A DNA stretch of 62,976 nucleotides, filler included, from Pelomyxa schiedti (GCA_020536535.1; 15 parts of 15 records of this genome joined end to end with filler, not necessarily neighbours in it), one strand, 5' to 3'. Counted from the whole stretch's first letter, positions 1-13,656 are shown. A program made the numbers and translations. The notes: generated from the letters alone by a model not told the origin.

Positions 1-712
1 CAACTTGAATCCTAGTTTTTTTGTTGCTCGTGAAATATCTGTGACACTTGATCATTGTTACAATTAAATTATAGAAGAAGGAACAAAACTTGAATAACTT
101 TCCAGTCTTAGCCAACAGAAAATCGATTTGTTCAGCTCTAGTGGAAGACCCTTCTTTACAAATAAATTCTTTCAACAGACATAGAACCTCTGGTGGCCGA
201 CCTCCTCCATGTTGTGGTTTGTAGCCCAAAGGTCTTTTCTTATATTCGTATACAGTAGAAAGGGCCACCCCTTCTTCAAAGGCCACTTGTTGTGCATTCT
301 CACTCATTTTTCATGCAGAACCACGATTGATGAAAATAGTGGAAAGTGGAATCATACTTGCCTTTGTTGCTGTGCACTGTGTGTGAGCTTGCACCCCTGC
401 ATTGGGGTCTGGGGAGGAAAGAAACAAAGGGGGGCACCCCACACCGTTCACCCCCACCTTCATTCTTCCGGAGAGTCGCCTTTTGTGACAATGCACCCTC
501 GGGTTACATAGCAAATCTTGGGCACCCCAACGATGCTGAGGATGTGGGTAGCACTGCGAGCCCTTGCTAGGGGAAAAAGTCGATTTTTTTCGCGAACAGC
601 AGGGCTCTGGGCCCACCAACACCCAACAACACAACCACACACTCACGGGTAAGCAGGGCCTGTTGGGGAGATATCGAAAAAATTTGATTGGGGGAATGGG
701 CACACTTTGGAA

Positions 713-2221
713 TCAGGGTGTGTTGAGAGTAACAAGTGCAGCAGAGGCAGAAAGCCTTTCAGCACGGTCACATGACATCATAGCAATCAGAACTCTGCTG
801 AGGGTGCTGTTGCGAAATACTGGTGGGAGGGGAGGGAGCAGAGCTGGGTTGAAAGTGCTCATGTCCCGATTGAAGTGCTCAATGAACTTGTTGGTTGGTG
901 GGAGCAGTGTATCGTAAAACACAAGTGCAAGTGAAAATGAGTCACATTTGGTGTATGAGAACATGTGGAAAGGGGTGAGCATCCTCACAAGGTTTTTGGA
1001 GATAACACTCACTTCTGGTGGCATGGTCCCAGTGTTTCCCCAGACCTGCCCACCAGTCCTCAGCACCATCAGGTTCAAGTTGTCACCAACACATTCCTCT
1101 GCTTCTCCAAAATCGATCACTGTGAGTTTTTGTGTTTGTGGGTCAACAAGAACATTGTCTTCTTTGATGTCCCTGAACAGGGAGTGGGGAACGGAGAAGA
1201 GAAATGAGAGAGAATAGAAAAGAGAGCAATACCTGTGAACAATTTGAGCTCTTTCAAGGTGACACACAGCACTGAGTGCCTGACCAAGCAAATTTTTGAC
1301 GATGGCCATTGGACTTGGTGTAGTCATAGAAGTGAAAAATTTTCCCAAAGGAACACCACAAAAGGGCATAAGGAATGCAAGTGACTTGTTGAGTGCCAAA
1401 TCTTTGTAAACTGGCTGGTCTTGGGGAATCACATCAACAAACTCTTGTGGGAGCCTGCACCTTAATTATTAATGTCTTTTCAATGTTTTAGAGGTATGTT
1501 CACACACCGAGGGATCACAAGAGTTCCCAAAGGATGAATTATGTTTGGGTGAAGTGGCACACATGCAAGAATGAGGCACTCTTTCATGTACTTCTGTTTG
1601 ATTAGTGTTTGTTGTGGTGTGTTCTCCCAGTTGAACAGCACTTTCATTGCCAACATTGTTGATGACGGTGGTGACAGGGTGGTTACAGTGGAAGAGGGCT
1701 GAGAGTGGGCCATGTTCCTCCTTGGGACAAATTCAACCTGGAATGTGGCCGCATTTGAACCTGACCCCAAGAATTTTTTCATCAAGAATGATTCAACACT
1801 GACACCAACCAATGCTGTCATGGTCTCCAGTGTCTTCTGTTCAAGTGTGAGTTCCATAAAGGCAACAAAAAAAAAAAGAAACCTGTTGTTCTTTAAGTAA
1901 TTGAACCTGTTCATTCAGTTCTCTTGATGAATCTCTGAGATGCTTGTTCTCTTCTGAGAGCCTGGCAATTTCAGTCTCTTCTTCCCTTTCAACTCGATCA
2001 TCCCTGTGGCAGGGTGTCAATCAGTCCCCTCCCAATAACACTGTTAACCATTTTGATTTGTTCACAACAATAAATTGAAGGGCATACTCATTTCCAAACC
2101 AACCCAACGACTTCGCGCTCACAGCCAATGGGGTGTCGCGCAAAGGTCGTGTGGGAGGAGGGGGAGGGCCTGCCACGAACTTCATTGTCTCTGCATCAAA
2201 GTACAACGCACGCTCCACCAT
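713..2221 (-). CDS. Atypical protein kinase with Pro-rich/coiled-coil N-terminus (about 5 exons)
   Basis: Spliced reading shows Gly-loop LGSGSNAATF, VAIK-equivalent AMKVLFNW, HR|DIKEDN split by an intron, DFG, GNTGTMPPE, KCDSFSLA and the C-terminal R of DRAERLS. GT-AG introns restore frame, including one after VIPR. Confidence 0.9.
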
Positions 2222-2462
2222 AAACCGGCGTTAATAAATTTAAATTGGTTTATTCAATTGTAGTGAGGCGGTCCAATTTTGCCGGGATTTGTTGACGTTT
2301 TGTGCCGCGGGCGGTTGCCCAGGTCCGATTCCTTCGTTTCACCAAGCGCAGCCACTCCGTTTCTCTTTTTTTTTTCCCCACAATGTTTGTTCTCTTTTAA
2401 TTTTCTTTTGACGAACACAACGCAGCGGAGGGGCAGCGACAACTTTTTTTTTTTCGGGGTGC

Positions 2463-2645
2463 AGACACATCACTTCTGGGGATGAAAATGGTGTTTTCAC
2501 AGTGAGGAACGTGGAAGTTGTTCCGGTGTCCCACAACTTTTGGCAACTACTGATGAGTTTGCTTGTGCGATGCCCAACGTGTAAGACGTCCGTAACACGG
2601 GCTACTAGGGATGAACACGTGCTGCAATGCCCTGTTTGTGTGTAA
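2463..2645 (+). pseudogene. TRAF-type zinc-finger-like fragment ending at a repeat boundary
   Basis: Manual translation gives ...NFWQLLMSLLVRCPTCKTSVTRATRDEHVLQCPVCV*. The stop coincides with the start of the inverted repeat end at 2642. Confidence 0.35.
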
Positions 2646-2679
2646 AATATTGAAGAACAAGTGAAAGCTTCAAACAAAG

Positions 2680-3709
2680 CTTCAATATTTTACCGAATAT
2701 TTCCTTTCAGAATAGTGCCTAGGTAGACATTTAGACGCACAAATACAATATGGAATGTCTGCTCTACATGAGTCATGGTACCCTGACTGGCTAACTGAGG
2801 ATTGCCAATCACATTGGACAAATAACTTCCTGGTTCTCATACTACCTTTTGTTGCCTGCAAATACTGGTTTGCTTTTGATGTTCTCTCCCTGATTGAAGG
2901 AAATGAGCAAGTTTGTGCTATCCTGACCATACAGTGAATATAATTAACGCTAAAGCTGAAGTCACCAATGATCGGTGATGCGATCCATCACGATGCTTGG
3001 TGAGGAGTCAGGAAAAGAATCGCGTTGCTCGCAATCCATAAGCGGATGGGTACCGATGGATTCCGTTGGCAGTTAGCTGAAACGAGGCACAGAGGGTGAG
3101 ATGGAAGCGGGAGGTTCATATGGCCTCTTAGAGTGAGATGAGAGGCAAACGTTGGAAAAAGAATCGGACTGGATTGGTGATATATCGCCATACACAGACA
3201 CCAATACAGAAAGGAACCCTATTGGATCGCAATGAAGCAGTTTGATGGGTGCGATGGATTCCGTTTTGAGCTTAATGGTTAAGGGATACCTGGTGTGAGG
3301 GCAATTCTGAGAATGTTTGACAAAGGCCGTGAGTCCTCATATGAGAGAAAATGACTCCAAAGATTTGTCATCTGACATTGACATTTATCAACGTGCCCGC
3401 ATCAACCATGACAACAATAACTACCATTGACACCCCTACGAACCGATCTCCGATACTGAAAACGTTGTTGAACGTTATCAGTGCGGGCAAGGGGACCACC
3501 CAATACAGCAAACCCTTCAACAATAAAATTCCACTCACCAAAAGAGGAGAAATTGCCAATCGGCTGGTATGAACGACCCGATATGCAGCAAGAGTCCACA
3601 CACAACCAGACCACATCAACCCTCGCTGCAAACAAGTTATCACTAATTTCTATTCAAACCCTCAACTTTTGAGAAGATACACCCATCTTTTCACAACGCC
3701 TGGATTCGT
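2680..3709. repeat. Dispersed repeat of about 1 kb, copy 1 (cut by a gap)
   Basis: Aligns colinearly with 9710-10756 with scattered substitutions and small indels. The ORF track shows near-identical translations (3351/10398, 3368/10415, 2988/10022). Confidence 0.95.
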
Positions 3710-3809
3710 NNNNNNNNNNNNNNNNNNNNNNNNNNNNNNNNNNNNNNNNNNNNNNNNNNNNNNNNNNNNNNNNNNNNNNNNNNNNNNNNNNNNNNNNNNN
3801 NNNNNNNNN

Positions 3810-5921
3810 TCCCCCTCGTCCCCCGCGTGTGCTCCCTGGCGCTGCCGGCGCCCCTCCCGCGCCACTACCACGCGATCCGCGCCGCCGCCGAGGCCGGCGC
3901 CACCTCGTGCCTGCGCTGGCTCATCCGCGAGCACCACCAACGCTGCGCCGGCGCCAAGCCCCCGCCGCCGCCGCCGCCGCAAACAGAGCCGACGGCCGAT
4001 GACGACTTCGGAGAAAGCACCCCACCCACCGCCACAACCAGCGACGACGACGACTACGACGAGTACGAGTACGAGATTGACGACGATGAAGATGACGAGG
4101 AGTACGATGACGAGGATTGTTGTGATGGTGACGATGGAGGTGCCGCGGAGTGGGTTGTTGGGCTGAGGGCCAGGAGGATGAGGAGGAGAGAGGAGAAGGA
4201 GCTTGTGCATGTGATTGTGGGATTGTGCAGTGGTGGCCATTTGGCCTTGGCGAGGAGTCTTTTTGATGACGGTGATGATGGTGATGAAGGTCACGACCGG
4301 GAGGGCGATTTAAGTGAACACGATGGGAGAGACGTGGTTCGGACCACAGGATTCAGCCGATGGCTTGGGCTTGTTGGTTGGAAATCGGGTGACGTGGAAC
4401 TATCTGAGCACGTGAGGGATAGTTGCGCACTGACGGCTGCGTGTAAAAGGGGGTATGGGGATGCGGCAAGGTGGATAATTGACAGGTTCAAAATCCGGGA
4501 TCCTTGGGAGATTGTAAGTCCATTTCTCGAAACAATTGGAATGGGCCACCTGGATTTGGCCAAGTGGCTGGTCGACAGATTTGATTTGGCTACAAGGTTC
4601 AAAAGGTATTCTGACTACTGGTTGCCTGGATGTGTAATCCTCAGAAATGCGCGCTGGAGTGATAACTTGGAGGTTATTAAACTGTGCTTGGATTTACTCC
4701 CCCTGGAGACCAACCCCATCCTTGACCCTGTCTGGGAATTGTTCGAGAGTTGTCTTCGGGGAAGGTCTGAAAACTCCCTTGAGCTATGTAAATACATCAA
4801 GGAGCGCCTCTCCTTTCCCTGGCCTTCTCCACATTCAGTAGTTCCTGGCATCTGGAGGGAGGATGTTCGGAGGTGGGTCATCTCCTTACTCCCCGAGCAC
4901 AATTTGAGTGATTTTGGAGCAATACAGCTATCTATTGCCACACCAGAACCAGTTACGCTTCTTTCTGCATGCAGGAAAGGAGACAGCTTGTTGGAGAAGT
5001 CGCTGGAACTTTCGACGAAGGACATATCGGAATATTTCATGACTTGGCTGGCCAATCGCGACACATTAACTGCATCATGGTTGGACTCGACATGCAACAT
5101 CTTGGGACCAGCAACACCCGAGGATATTGGGTCGATTCTTGTGACCATCTGCGAAGGAATGGACCCTTTCTCTACTAAAATGGAAGAAAGTGTTGTGTGG
5201 CTTCTGAACCGTCCATCAATGGTTCAGGTGGGGGAGATGTTCCTTGTGGAAGCTGCTGAGAACCTCATCAAATCCGCCAAGCCAAAGCTAGCATTCCTTA
5301 TTGTTGAGAAGTTCTGCATCTCTGAGCCGAAGAAATCTAAACTTCTCATCAATATTCTGAGCATCATTCCTCTATCCACCATTTCACAGCTCAATCGTAT
5401 TATTTCCCTGTGTGGAGAGCTCACCAATGACTCTATTGGCAAGTGCCTTCTTGAAAATTCTATACGCCCAAGGTTCTCAAATGGATGATATCACGCTTTC
5501 AATTTGATCGTGAGCAAATCAAGAGCGTTCTGGCCAAACTTATCCACAGGGGACAAGAGAGTTGTGCTGAGTGGCTCATAAGCAAATTTCACATCACGTT
5601 GGATGAGGTAACTAATTATTCCTCTTTATCGTTACTCATTTGTTTACAAAGGTACTGAGTATTGACCTACATGGTTCTGAAGACTTCTTCATGTGGAAGA
5701 CGCTTCTTCAAGTGTTTCCAGGAATCACAGCCACGGTCAAGGAGAAGCTTCTTCCGTTTGTAGTAAGTTCTCCTATCATTGCACAGCACACGCTGAGGAA
5801 GTTCCCTGATGTAACTGAGGACGAAATCATTGAGTTCAGCCGTGGATCCTCGACGAGAGTTTACAACTTCTTCCGTTGGGTTCTGGACAATCACCCCGAC
5901 CTGGTTGGACAATTGTATTAG
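3810..5921 (+). CDS. Ankyrin-like helical-repeat protein, 5' end in gap, one frameshift near 5455
   Basis: Repeated motifs AAAEAGATSCLRWL, GLCSGGHLALARSL, AACKRGYGDAARWIIDRF and TIGMGHLDLAKWLVDRF. After the 5488 stop the -1 frame continues YTPKVLKWMISRF...AEWLISKFHITLDE, then an intron (5608-5651), then an exon to TAG at 5921. Confidence 0.7.
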
Positions 5922-6068
5922 TACCACCTAGCAAGAACAACAAGATGCCTTTATTGCCTTCTTCCTCTTCCTTTGGTCATCCACACCACGACAGCAGAGC
6001 GTCCCCCGAAACTGGAAATCTCGTATCAGCCAATTTTTTTTTTTTCGCGATAATCCGGGCACCTGAGA

Positions 6069-7965
6069 ATGACATCGGCGGTGGTGGGCGCGACTACGAC
6101 GAGCACGAGCACGAGCACGAGCAGCGCGGCGACGGGGGGTGATGACGATGACTCGGTCGTCGTGGTTGCTCCGACGCCCAGCGACGGGGTTTTCAGGGTT
6201 GGGGAGGCCGTTGTTTTGCACGTGGGCGACGAGGACGACCACAAGAGGTGCTTCTCGATCGTGCCAAAGTTGGTGCCCGACATGGTCGTGAAGGTGAGGA
6301 AGGAGCGCGTGAGGCTGGCCGCAATTGTGGGATGCCCGGTTGGCACCAAACTCGTGGCCAGGCGCGCCTTGGGAAAAAGGGCGAGGAGTTGCCCCCAAAG
6401 TCACGCACCACCTGAAACGGCGGATCCAAAAGTAGCAACACAACAAGCAACTGCAGCAGCAACAACACCTGCAACAAAACAAACAACAGCAACAACAGCA
6501 GCAGCAGCAACACCAGCAAAATTAGTGTCTGGTAGCACAACTGCGAAGGAACCACCTCGGAAACCTAATGCTGCAAACGCGGTGAATGATGGTGATTATT
6601 ACGGTGGTGGTGGGGGTTCAACTTCAATTCTGGAGCCTTACGTGCCTAGAAAGATAGACGTCGGGATGGACTGTGACCAGTCACAAGAGGGATCATGTGG
6701 AGCCTCTGGCGGAGCTGATAATAGATCACTGAATGATGATAACACGTCACAGCATATGACAGCTGAGCGCATATCACAGTTGAAGAAAGCTGGCGCTAAA
6801 GGGGAAGATATAATAGAGGTTCTACACACATCACCCCTAATTTGTGACGATTTAATTAATTGCTCTAGAATTTGGTGCAAAACAGTGCGTCATTCAAAAA
6901 AAAGACAGTGTTCTCTCAGAAAAAATATCTCCAAAAGAAAAAGAACAAGTAGTTTGCAGCCTTTTGATGATATCGTTACAAGTAACTGATCAAATATAAA
7001 ATAAGATATGTCACAGTAATTACACCCTTGAAACTGACAGCATACGTGTTGGCAACTGCTTATTTCACCAAACATCCAGCAAAGATTCTGTACTTCTCCA
7101 CTATCCTCCATTCCTGTTGTCTCGCGGGTGACGCTTCAATCTAATGTAATGTTCACGTGGCAGATGCATGAGGCCTGATACCGTGGGTCGCCTTCTCTAT
7201 TCTGCAAATGTCCACTCTGGCAGCACAACAATGGTTTGCGAATCGTGTAAGGGTTTATTGTTGATCTCTGTTGCCGAGAGGATTTCAGGTAATGCTTCAA
7301 CCTTTTCCATTTCTATTCAAAACAAAACATTTTATTTTTGTATTAAAAATACAGTCTTGATGGAAATGGAGCTAATTCCCAAAAATCAGGAACCGGAAAT
7401 GGCAAGGTGATCCAGGCACTCCTCCCAGGATTCTACCCCAAGTCCTATCTTTCAGTTTTGCAGTTATTTCCACCAAACCAACTCGCCCCCACCAAGTTTG
7501 TGAACTGGAATGAACTTTCGGCACCTCCTACCATGACAACCGCGTCAGCACCACCACAGGGAGAAGCATTAAACTGTGACAGTTTGGTGGTTGCAACGGC
7601 AGTTGATCCAATCTCCATTGCCGGCCCCCTGATGAGGCACCTCAAACCAGGAGGCTACTTTGCGTTCTACAGTCAATTTATGCAGGTTTTGCCATTGACT
7701 TTCCTCCCCCCAGAACGATGACACACAAAAGGATTTGGTTGAACTTCACGAATATCTTTTCCCTGTTTCCTGTGAACTTCAGCTCTCAGAATCATGGAAA
7801 CGTGAATATCAGGTTATATCTATTCACGCACTCACAATACAAAAGCTTATGCACAACCAGGTATTGCCACAATCCACACACCCTCACATGCAAATGCATG
7901 GTGCAAGCGGGTTCATCCTCTCGGGAATCAAGGTAAAGCCCTGCCATGTCACCAAAGACTGCTAG
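6069..7965 (+). CDS. TRM6: tRNA (adenine-58-N1)-methyltransferase non-catalytic subunit (Gcd10/Trm6), multi-exon
   Basis: Family motifs DNRSLNDDNTSQHMTAERISQLK, SFKKKTVFSQKKYLQKK, MRPDTVGRLL..ANV, LSESWKREYQ|VLPQSTHPHMQMHGASGFILSG, joined by short GT-AG introns. Confidence 0.92.
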
Positions 7966-8064
7966 AAGCAAACAAAAAAAAAGTGTTTTTGTGTGAAGCC
8001 CTATTATTTTCATTCTTAGCGGAGGTGAAAACCTCCCGTGACTCGACACGGAGAGCCAGCGACG

Positions 8065-9259
8065 ATGTTATTTTTGGGGGGAGGCACGACGGGAGGAGGA
8101 ACGGGAGGCCGACCCATAATGATGGTCGAGTCCACGTTCGTTGGCCTGGAGATATGGCAGTACGCGGGGACGTGGCTGGTGTTGTGGTTTGTCCTCAACG
8201 TTGCGGTCACTCTCACCAACAAGGGGCTGTTCCAGCTCAGTGGGTTCCATTTCCCTACCACTGTAAGTCTCGTTCACATGTTATTCACCTCTATTGGCTC
8301 TTCCTTGGTCATGAGGTTGGTTTCCTTTCTTTTTTTTTTTTTACATATAACATGATACTTCTTTCCTATGCACGTGATTGAAATCGGGTGTAAGGAATTA
8401 TTTTTGATACTTTCAGAAATTTTCATGTGCCGCGATGCCCACTTAAGACCAAGGGGGAGTATCTGGCAATCTTCCTCATGAGTGTATTATTTTGTTCCAA
8501 CATTCTTACTGGAAATATTGGTCTGAGATATGTACCTGTGAGCCTAGTTCAGTGCGTCCGGTCCACTATACCTGGAATCACAATGGTTACTCTGATTTGA
8601 AATATTCACCTAGCTAACTTCCGGCAAAGTTCCTCTCCGTTGTCTTTCTGGCCAAGCAATACAGCTGGAAGCACTACCTCAGTGTCTTACTCGTAATGGT
8701 TGGAGTAGCAACGGCAACTTATACTACTATTGAATTTCACGCAGTTGGATTTGCCTTTGTTGTCACTGTCTGTCTTCTAAGCTCATTGAAGTCAGTGATG
8801 ACGAACAAATTGTTGGTTCAAAAGGGTCTGAGGTTGCACCCATTTGACTTGCTTCAGCACATGTCGACGCTTTCGTTTATCCAATTGACCCTGCTGTGGA
8901 TTATAACCGGCGAGCCCTGGAAAGTGTACAACTGGTGGACTCTGCAAGAAAGTTCATCTGGTGAGCATACAGGCCTGCGGCTCATTACCGTTTTGGTAGT
9001 GAATGGCATATGTGCATTCTTCCTCAACGTGGCCAACTTCTTCTTCACCAAGCACACATCGGCTCTCACCGTGACAATATGTGGCAATGTGAAGCATGTT
9101 GTAACTATACTACTATCCATTGCAATGTTCCACAATGCCGTACCACCTCTGAACGCTCTCGGAATTGCTGTAACTACTCTGGGAGCTGCTCTATATAGTG
9201 CCCTTGAATACCGTGAATCACAAGAGAAAAAAAATGCCCCAAAACCCTCCCAGGTTTGA
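8065..9259 (+). CDS. Triose-phosphate/nucleotide-sugar transporter family (TPT/SLC35E-like), multi-exon
   Basis: WFVLNVAVTLTNKGLFQ..FHFP, NIGLRYVPVSLVQCVRSTIP, LSSLKSVMTNKLL and TSALTVTICGNVKHVVTILLS, plus about 10 hydrophobic segments. Confidence 0.9.
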
Positions 9260-9709
9260 GGCACACATAAAGACAAATCGCGAGAATATTGTATCCCATA
9301 AGACGTTTTGAGAGTTGTTTGGTAGGGGAAACTTAGGATTACCATGAAAAAAATTTGGGTGTGAGCGCAATCGTCTCCATTGTGGAGATACGGTTTCCAT
9401 TTCTCACCCAAAAGTTCTGGTCCTACTTTGGAAACTCGTAGAAGTGCTGGTTCCCTTGACGCGGATCATAGATTTTTTATGTGTTTGGTGGTTTCTGTAC
9501 GGGATCCATCACCGAAGGAAAAAAATCGCCCCTCAGAAGGTCGGCTGAAGTCTTGCCGTGGGAGACGTGATTACGGGAGGGAGTGCCTCAAAAGTAATCT
9601 TCTTGATTGTGGGACCGTTGTTCGCAACTTTCTGACAACAAACGGCAGGTCGAACAAGACAGTTTAAGCCCAAATATTTATTTGTTGTATTAGGTAGCTT
9701 TCACTTGCT

Positions 9710-10756
9710 CTTCAATATTTTACCGAATATTTTCTTTCAGAATTGGCTGGTGCCTAGGTAGACATTTTGACGCACAAATACAATATGGAATGCTGTTCTA
9801 CCTGAGTCATGGTACCCTGACTGGCTAACTGGGGATTGCCAATCACATGTGGACGAATAACTTCCTGGTTCTCATACTACCTTTTGTTGCCGGCAAATAC
9901 TGGTTTGTTTTGCTGCTCTCTCCCTGATTGAAGGAAATGAGCAAGTTTGTGCTATCCTGACCATACAGTGAATATAATTAACGCTAAAGCTAAAGTCACC
10001 GATGATCGGTGATGCGATACATCATGATGCTTGGTGATGAGTCAGGAAAAGAATCGCGTTGCTCGCAATCCATAAGTGGATGGGCACCGATGGATTCCGT
10101 TGGCAGTTAGCTGAAACGAGGCACAGAGGGTGAGATGGAAGCGGGAGGTTGATATGGCCTCTTAGAGTGAGATGAGAGGCAAACGTTGGAAAACGAATCG
10201 GACTGGATTGGTGATATATCGCCATACATAGACACCAATACAGAAAGGAACCCTATTGGATCGCAATGAAGCAGTGTGATGGAAGGGTGTCTGGGGTGTG
10301 ATGGATTCCGTTTTGAGCTTAATGGTTAAGGGATACCTGGTGTGAGGGCAATTCTGAGAATGTTTGACAAAGGCCGTTAGTCCTCATATGAGAGAAAATG
10401 ACTCCAATGATTTGTCATCTGACGTTGACATTTATCAACGTGCCCGCATCAACCATGACAACAATAACTACCATTGACACCCCTACGAACCGATCTCCGA
10501 TACTGAAAACGTTGTTGGACGTTATCAGTGCGGGCAAGGGGACCACCCAACACAGCAAACCCTTCAACAATAAAATTCCACTCACCAAAAGATGAGAAAT
10601 TGCCAATCGGCTGGTATGAACGACCCGATATGCAACAAGAGTCCACACACAACCAGACCACATCAACCCTCGCTGCAAACAAGTTATCACTAATTTCTAT
10701 TCAAACCCTCAACTTTTGAGAAGATACACCCATCTTTTCACAACGCCTGGATTCGT
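9710..10756. repeat. Dispersed repeat of about 1 kb, copy 2 (same orientation as copy 1)
   Basis: Colinear match to 2680-3709. Confidence 0.95.
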
Positions 10757-11555
10757 ATACACTCGAAACAATGGCACAGTCAACAAAAACGCAAAATCAG
10801 AAAAAATAAAGCAGTGAGATCAAATCAAAAAGCAAAAGCAACAACCCCAACAACCGCTCATGACTACCCCCAATCCAGACCCAGGACCACTCGAGCTAAG
10901 CCAGCTCTGAAGAGCAATGAGCTGGGATATCAAGCCAGTCCTTCCTACGATTTTCCTCTCCTGGCCCTCCTGGAATGGAGCTTGACAAACTCATTGGCAT
11001 CACGATCAACGGCAGTCAGTTTCTATTCACAGACAAACTTCAGAACCCATAGCCATCACCTTTATCCTGCAGGAGGTCGAGTACTCGATTTAAGACCCGA
11101 AAACCCAACAAGACAGAGGCACCNNNNNNNNNNNNNNNNNNNNNNNNNNNNNNNNNNNNNNNNNNNNNNNNNNNNNNNNNNNNNNNNNNNNNNNNNNNNN
11201 NNNNNNNNNNNNNNNNNNNNNNNCGATCAACGGCAGTCAGTTTCTATTCACAGACAAACTTCAGAACCCATAGCCATCACCTTTATCCTGCAGGAGGTCG
11301 AGTACTCGATTTAAGACCCGAAAACCCAACAAGACAGAGGCACCCGACACCACAACCCAGTCGGTTGCAGCAATGACTAGACTAACTTCTGACAAACCTG
11401 CAACCACCAACCACAACTCAAACAATATCCCTTTCAATAAGAAACACATGCAATACACTTTCGACGAGATCAACAACCCACTTCAAGGACTGCCTTTCCT
11501 AAAGTGAGGGACCACGAGAATTGACAAATTCATCCTATCACACGTTGCACACAAC

Positions 11556-12540
11556 CAGATTATAACCACCCTCAAGCGCTTCGTGATTTGGCTTTTCGCG
11601 TGTTATACGAAATCTACTATTGCCAGCACCTCACTACGGATTACGATGCCGATACGCAACCAATAGCGTTTTGCTTGTGCAAGAGGCATAGTAGTACGCG
11701 TGTGCTGCTCATGGAGCAGAAATAGTGGGAGTTTGCTTTCTTGTGGCGTATAACAACAAATTATATGGGTCTTGCCCTTTTTTTTCAGCCCAGGTTTGTG
11801 TTTTTTTTTTTTCCCTGTTCCAAGCTAATGATCGCTGGTCTTTCTCAGGTGTTTGCATTACGGCATATCTCACGAGCAGTTCCAGTTTCTCCAAAGGATG
11901 GCTTAATAAGACTTCACCCTCATCGCCGGCATCTGGGATCGGCGCTAGTACCTGTGATGTGCTCGAAATACTCCAAGCTGAACTTAGGCAACAAAGCACC
12001 AACATTCAAGTTGCGATCTGCATGGGGATTGCCCATGCACACCAAGCCCACTTATCACAAGTCAAAGAAGGAGAAAGCGACAAAGTAGCAGGGTCCAACA
12101 GCAATCCCCTCATTTTTCAGCACTTGGCCGCCAAGCCTGAATACTTGCCGAGGTAAACATAAAGCTGGCAAGTTTACTTACATCCGCTCTGAAGCCAGTT
12201 GGTTCTCACTTTCACAAGCTCTCTGAAGACCCTGCTGTTCCCGCTTGTGTCCCTCGGAAAGGATTCCCGGCTGATTTTCGCCACCACTACGCGACTCCAA
12301 CAACCCCGAAACTTACGAATTTGCAACCAACTTCTTGCTCCCACTTTTCAAGAACCACCAAGATCAAGCTGTCAAGTTCATTGATGATGAACTTGTTGGT
12401 TTGGTCAGGATTGGATGCCACAGTGACACCCTCAATTGGCTCCGTGACAACTTGCTTCATGAAGGGTTAATGCCATCACCTCCTGAAACCTTCATGAAAA
12501 GGCTGCTGTCTTCTCATCCCCCCTCCAAAAAAACACCTAT
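11556..12540 (+). mobile_element. Degenerate repeated coding segment with possible tyrosine-recombinase-like and PHD-like motifs
   Basis: Broken frames read ALRDLAFRVLYEIYYCQH, FCLCK...VCCSW and ELRQQSTNIQVAICMG. Segment 12308-12537 is duplicated at 14645-14874. The motif resemblance is weak. Confidence 0.25.
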
Positions 12541-12578
12541 TGTACAGGGTGCCATCTTCTCTGAAAGTCCTCCATAAT

Positions 12579-12718
12579 ATTAACGCTGAAGATAAAATCG
12601 CCCAATGATCGGCGATGCAGTGCTTCCCATTGGCGATGCATCGGGCTCAATCTGAAGAAAGATTTATGGTGAATCGCTACCCATCACGATGCTTGGTGAT
12701 GAGTCGGGGAAGGATCGC
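12579..12718 (+). repeat. Short partial copy of the 1-kb repeat with an internal insertion
   Basis: attaacgct...ccaatgatcgg.gatgc and ccatcacgatgcttggtga.gagtc.gg match 2943-3022, with about 60 extra nt between them. Confidence 0.7.
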
Positions 12719-12968
12719 ACAACCGTATTCTCCTCTCTTCATTGTTACGAATCCCCGTCCCCACAACCAGCCATCGTCTTGCTCTCCATCTCCCGTACGC
12801 TCTCCCGGCGGTTCTTTCCCGGCAGATAGTACCGTACCACCACCAACTGAAAGGCTGCAGCTTCTCGCAGAACAACGAACTGCCCTGCTGCTAAAACCTT
12901 TTCACTTCTGTGCCCGCAATCCGAACAGTTTTTAGCGGAATTCACGGACGTCCGCTGCCAAAAAAAGA

Positions 12969-13382
12969 GTGAGTACAACACCACCACCACTGCGAGAAGA
13001 AAGCACTAATCCAATTCCCCAGAGAAAGATACCTCCGGCGGAACCCGACTTACTCCAATTGCAAACGGCGGCTCTCTCTGCGTTGGCGATGTCACCGGAT
13101 GGCGTTGCGTTGTGTAAACTACTGCTTCTTCAAGCTCAGAAGCAACAGCAGCAGCAACCACGCGCAAATCACACAGAACCAGGAACAACAGCACTCAGCA
13201 GCACCACAGGGCAACCAACTCCACATCTCGGCGTGAGGTCACACTCCAACTCCCACTCTCCATCACCCACTCGGCACAACCATCATCATCATCTTCCCAA
13301 ATACAACCCGTCCAGGAAATACCCTCGTCATCGAGCTCGCCATCAACACATCGAACGACTGGAGCAACCACTGCAACAATAG
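12969..13382 (+). CDS. Hypothetical Gln/His/Pro-rich ORF
   Basis: 137-codon ORF with low-complexity composition only. The first codon is GTG and no domain was recognised. Confidence 0.25.
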   Translation: MSTTPPPLREESTNPIPQRKIPPAEPDLLQLQTAALSALAMSPDGVALCKLLLLQAQKQQQQQPRANHTEPGTTALSSTTGQPTPHLGVRSHSNSHSPSPTRHNHHHHLPKYNPSRKYPRHRARHQHIERLEQPLQQ

Positions 13383-13656
13383 CGTCGCCACAGCAAATTA
13401 ATTTATATGTAAAAATAACCAACAGTCAATTTTTGTGTTGCCATTTTGCTTTGTAACTACGGAGAGTTCCTTTAGCGCTAAAAATAGACCCACCCTTTTT
13501 ATTCTTTTTAACAAACAGTCTGACACCGATTCGGGGCAGACTGTAAAACGATTAGAACAAGAAGACGTAGTTTACCACCACAGATCGCCACGCAAACACC
13601 ACCAAAGGTGTTTTGCTTGTGCAATAAAGGTGCAGGGGTGGCTGCCATTCAGCACC

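Noticed and set aside
2680-10756. Composite transposon carrying TRM6 and the transporter
   Set aside because: No transposase, TIR or TSD is evident, there is a gap at 3710, and independent insertions explain it as well.
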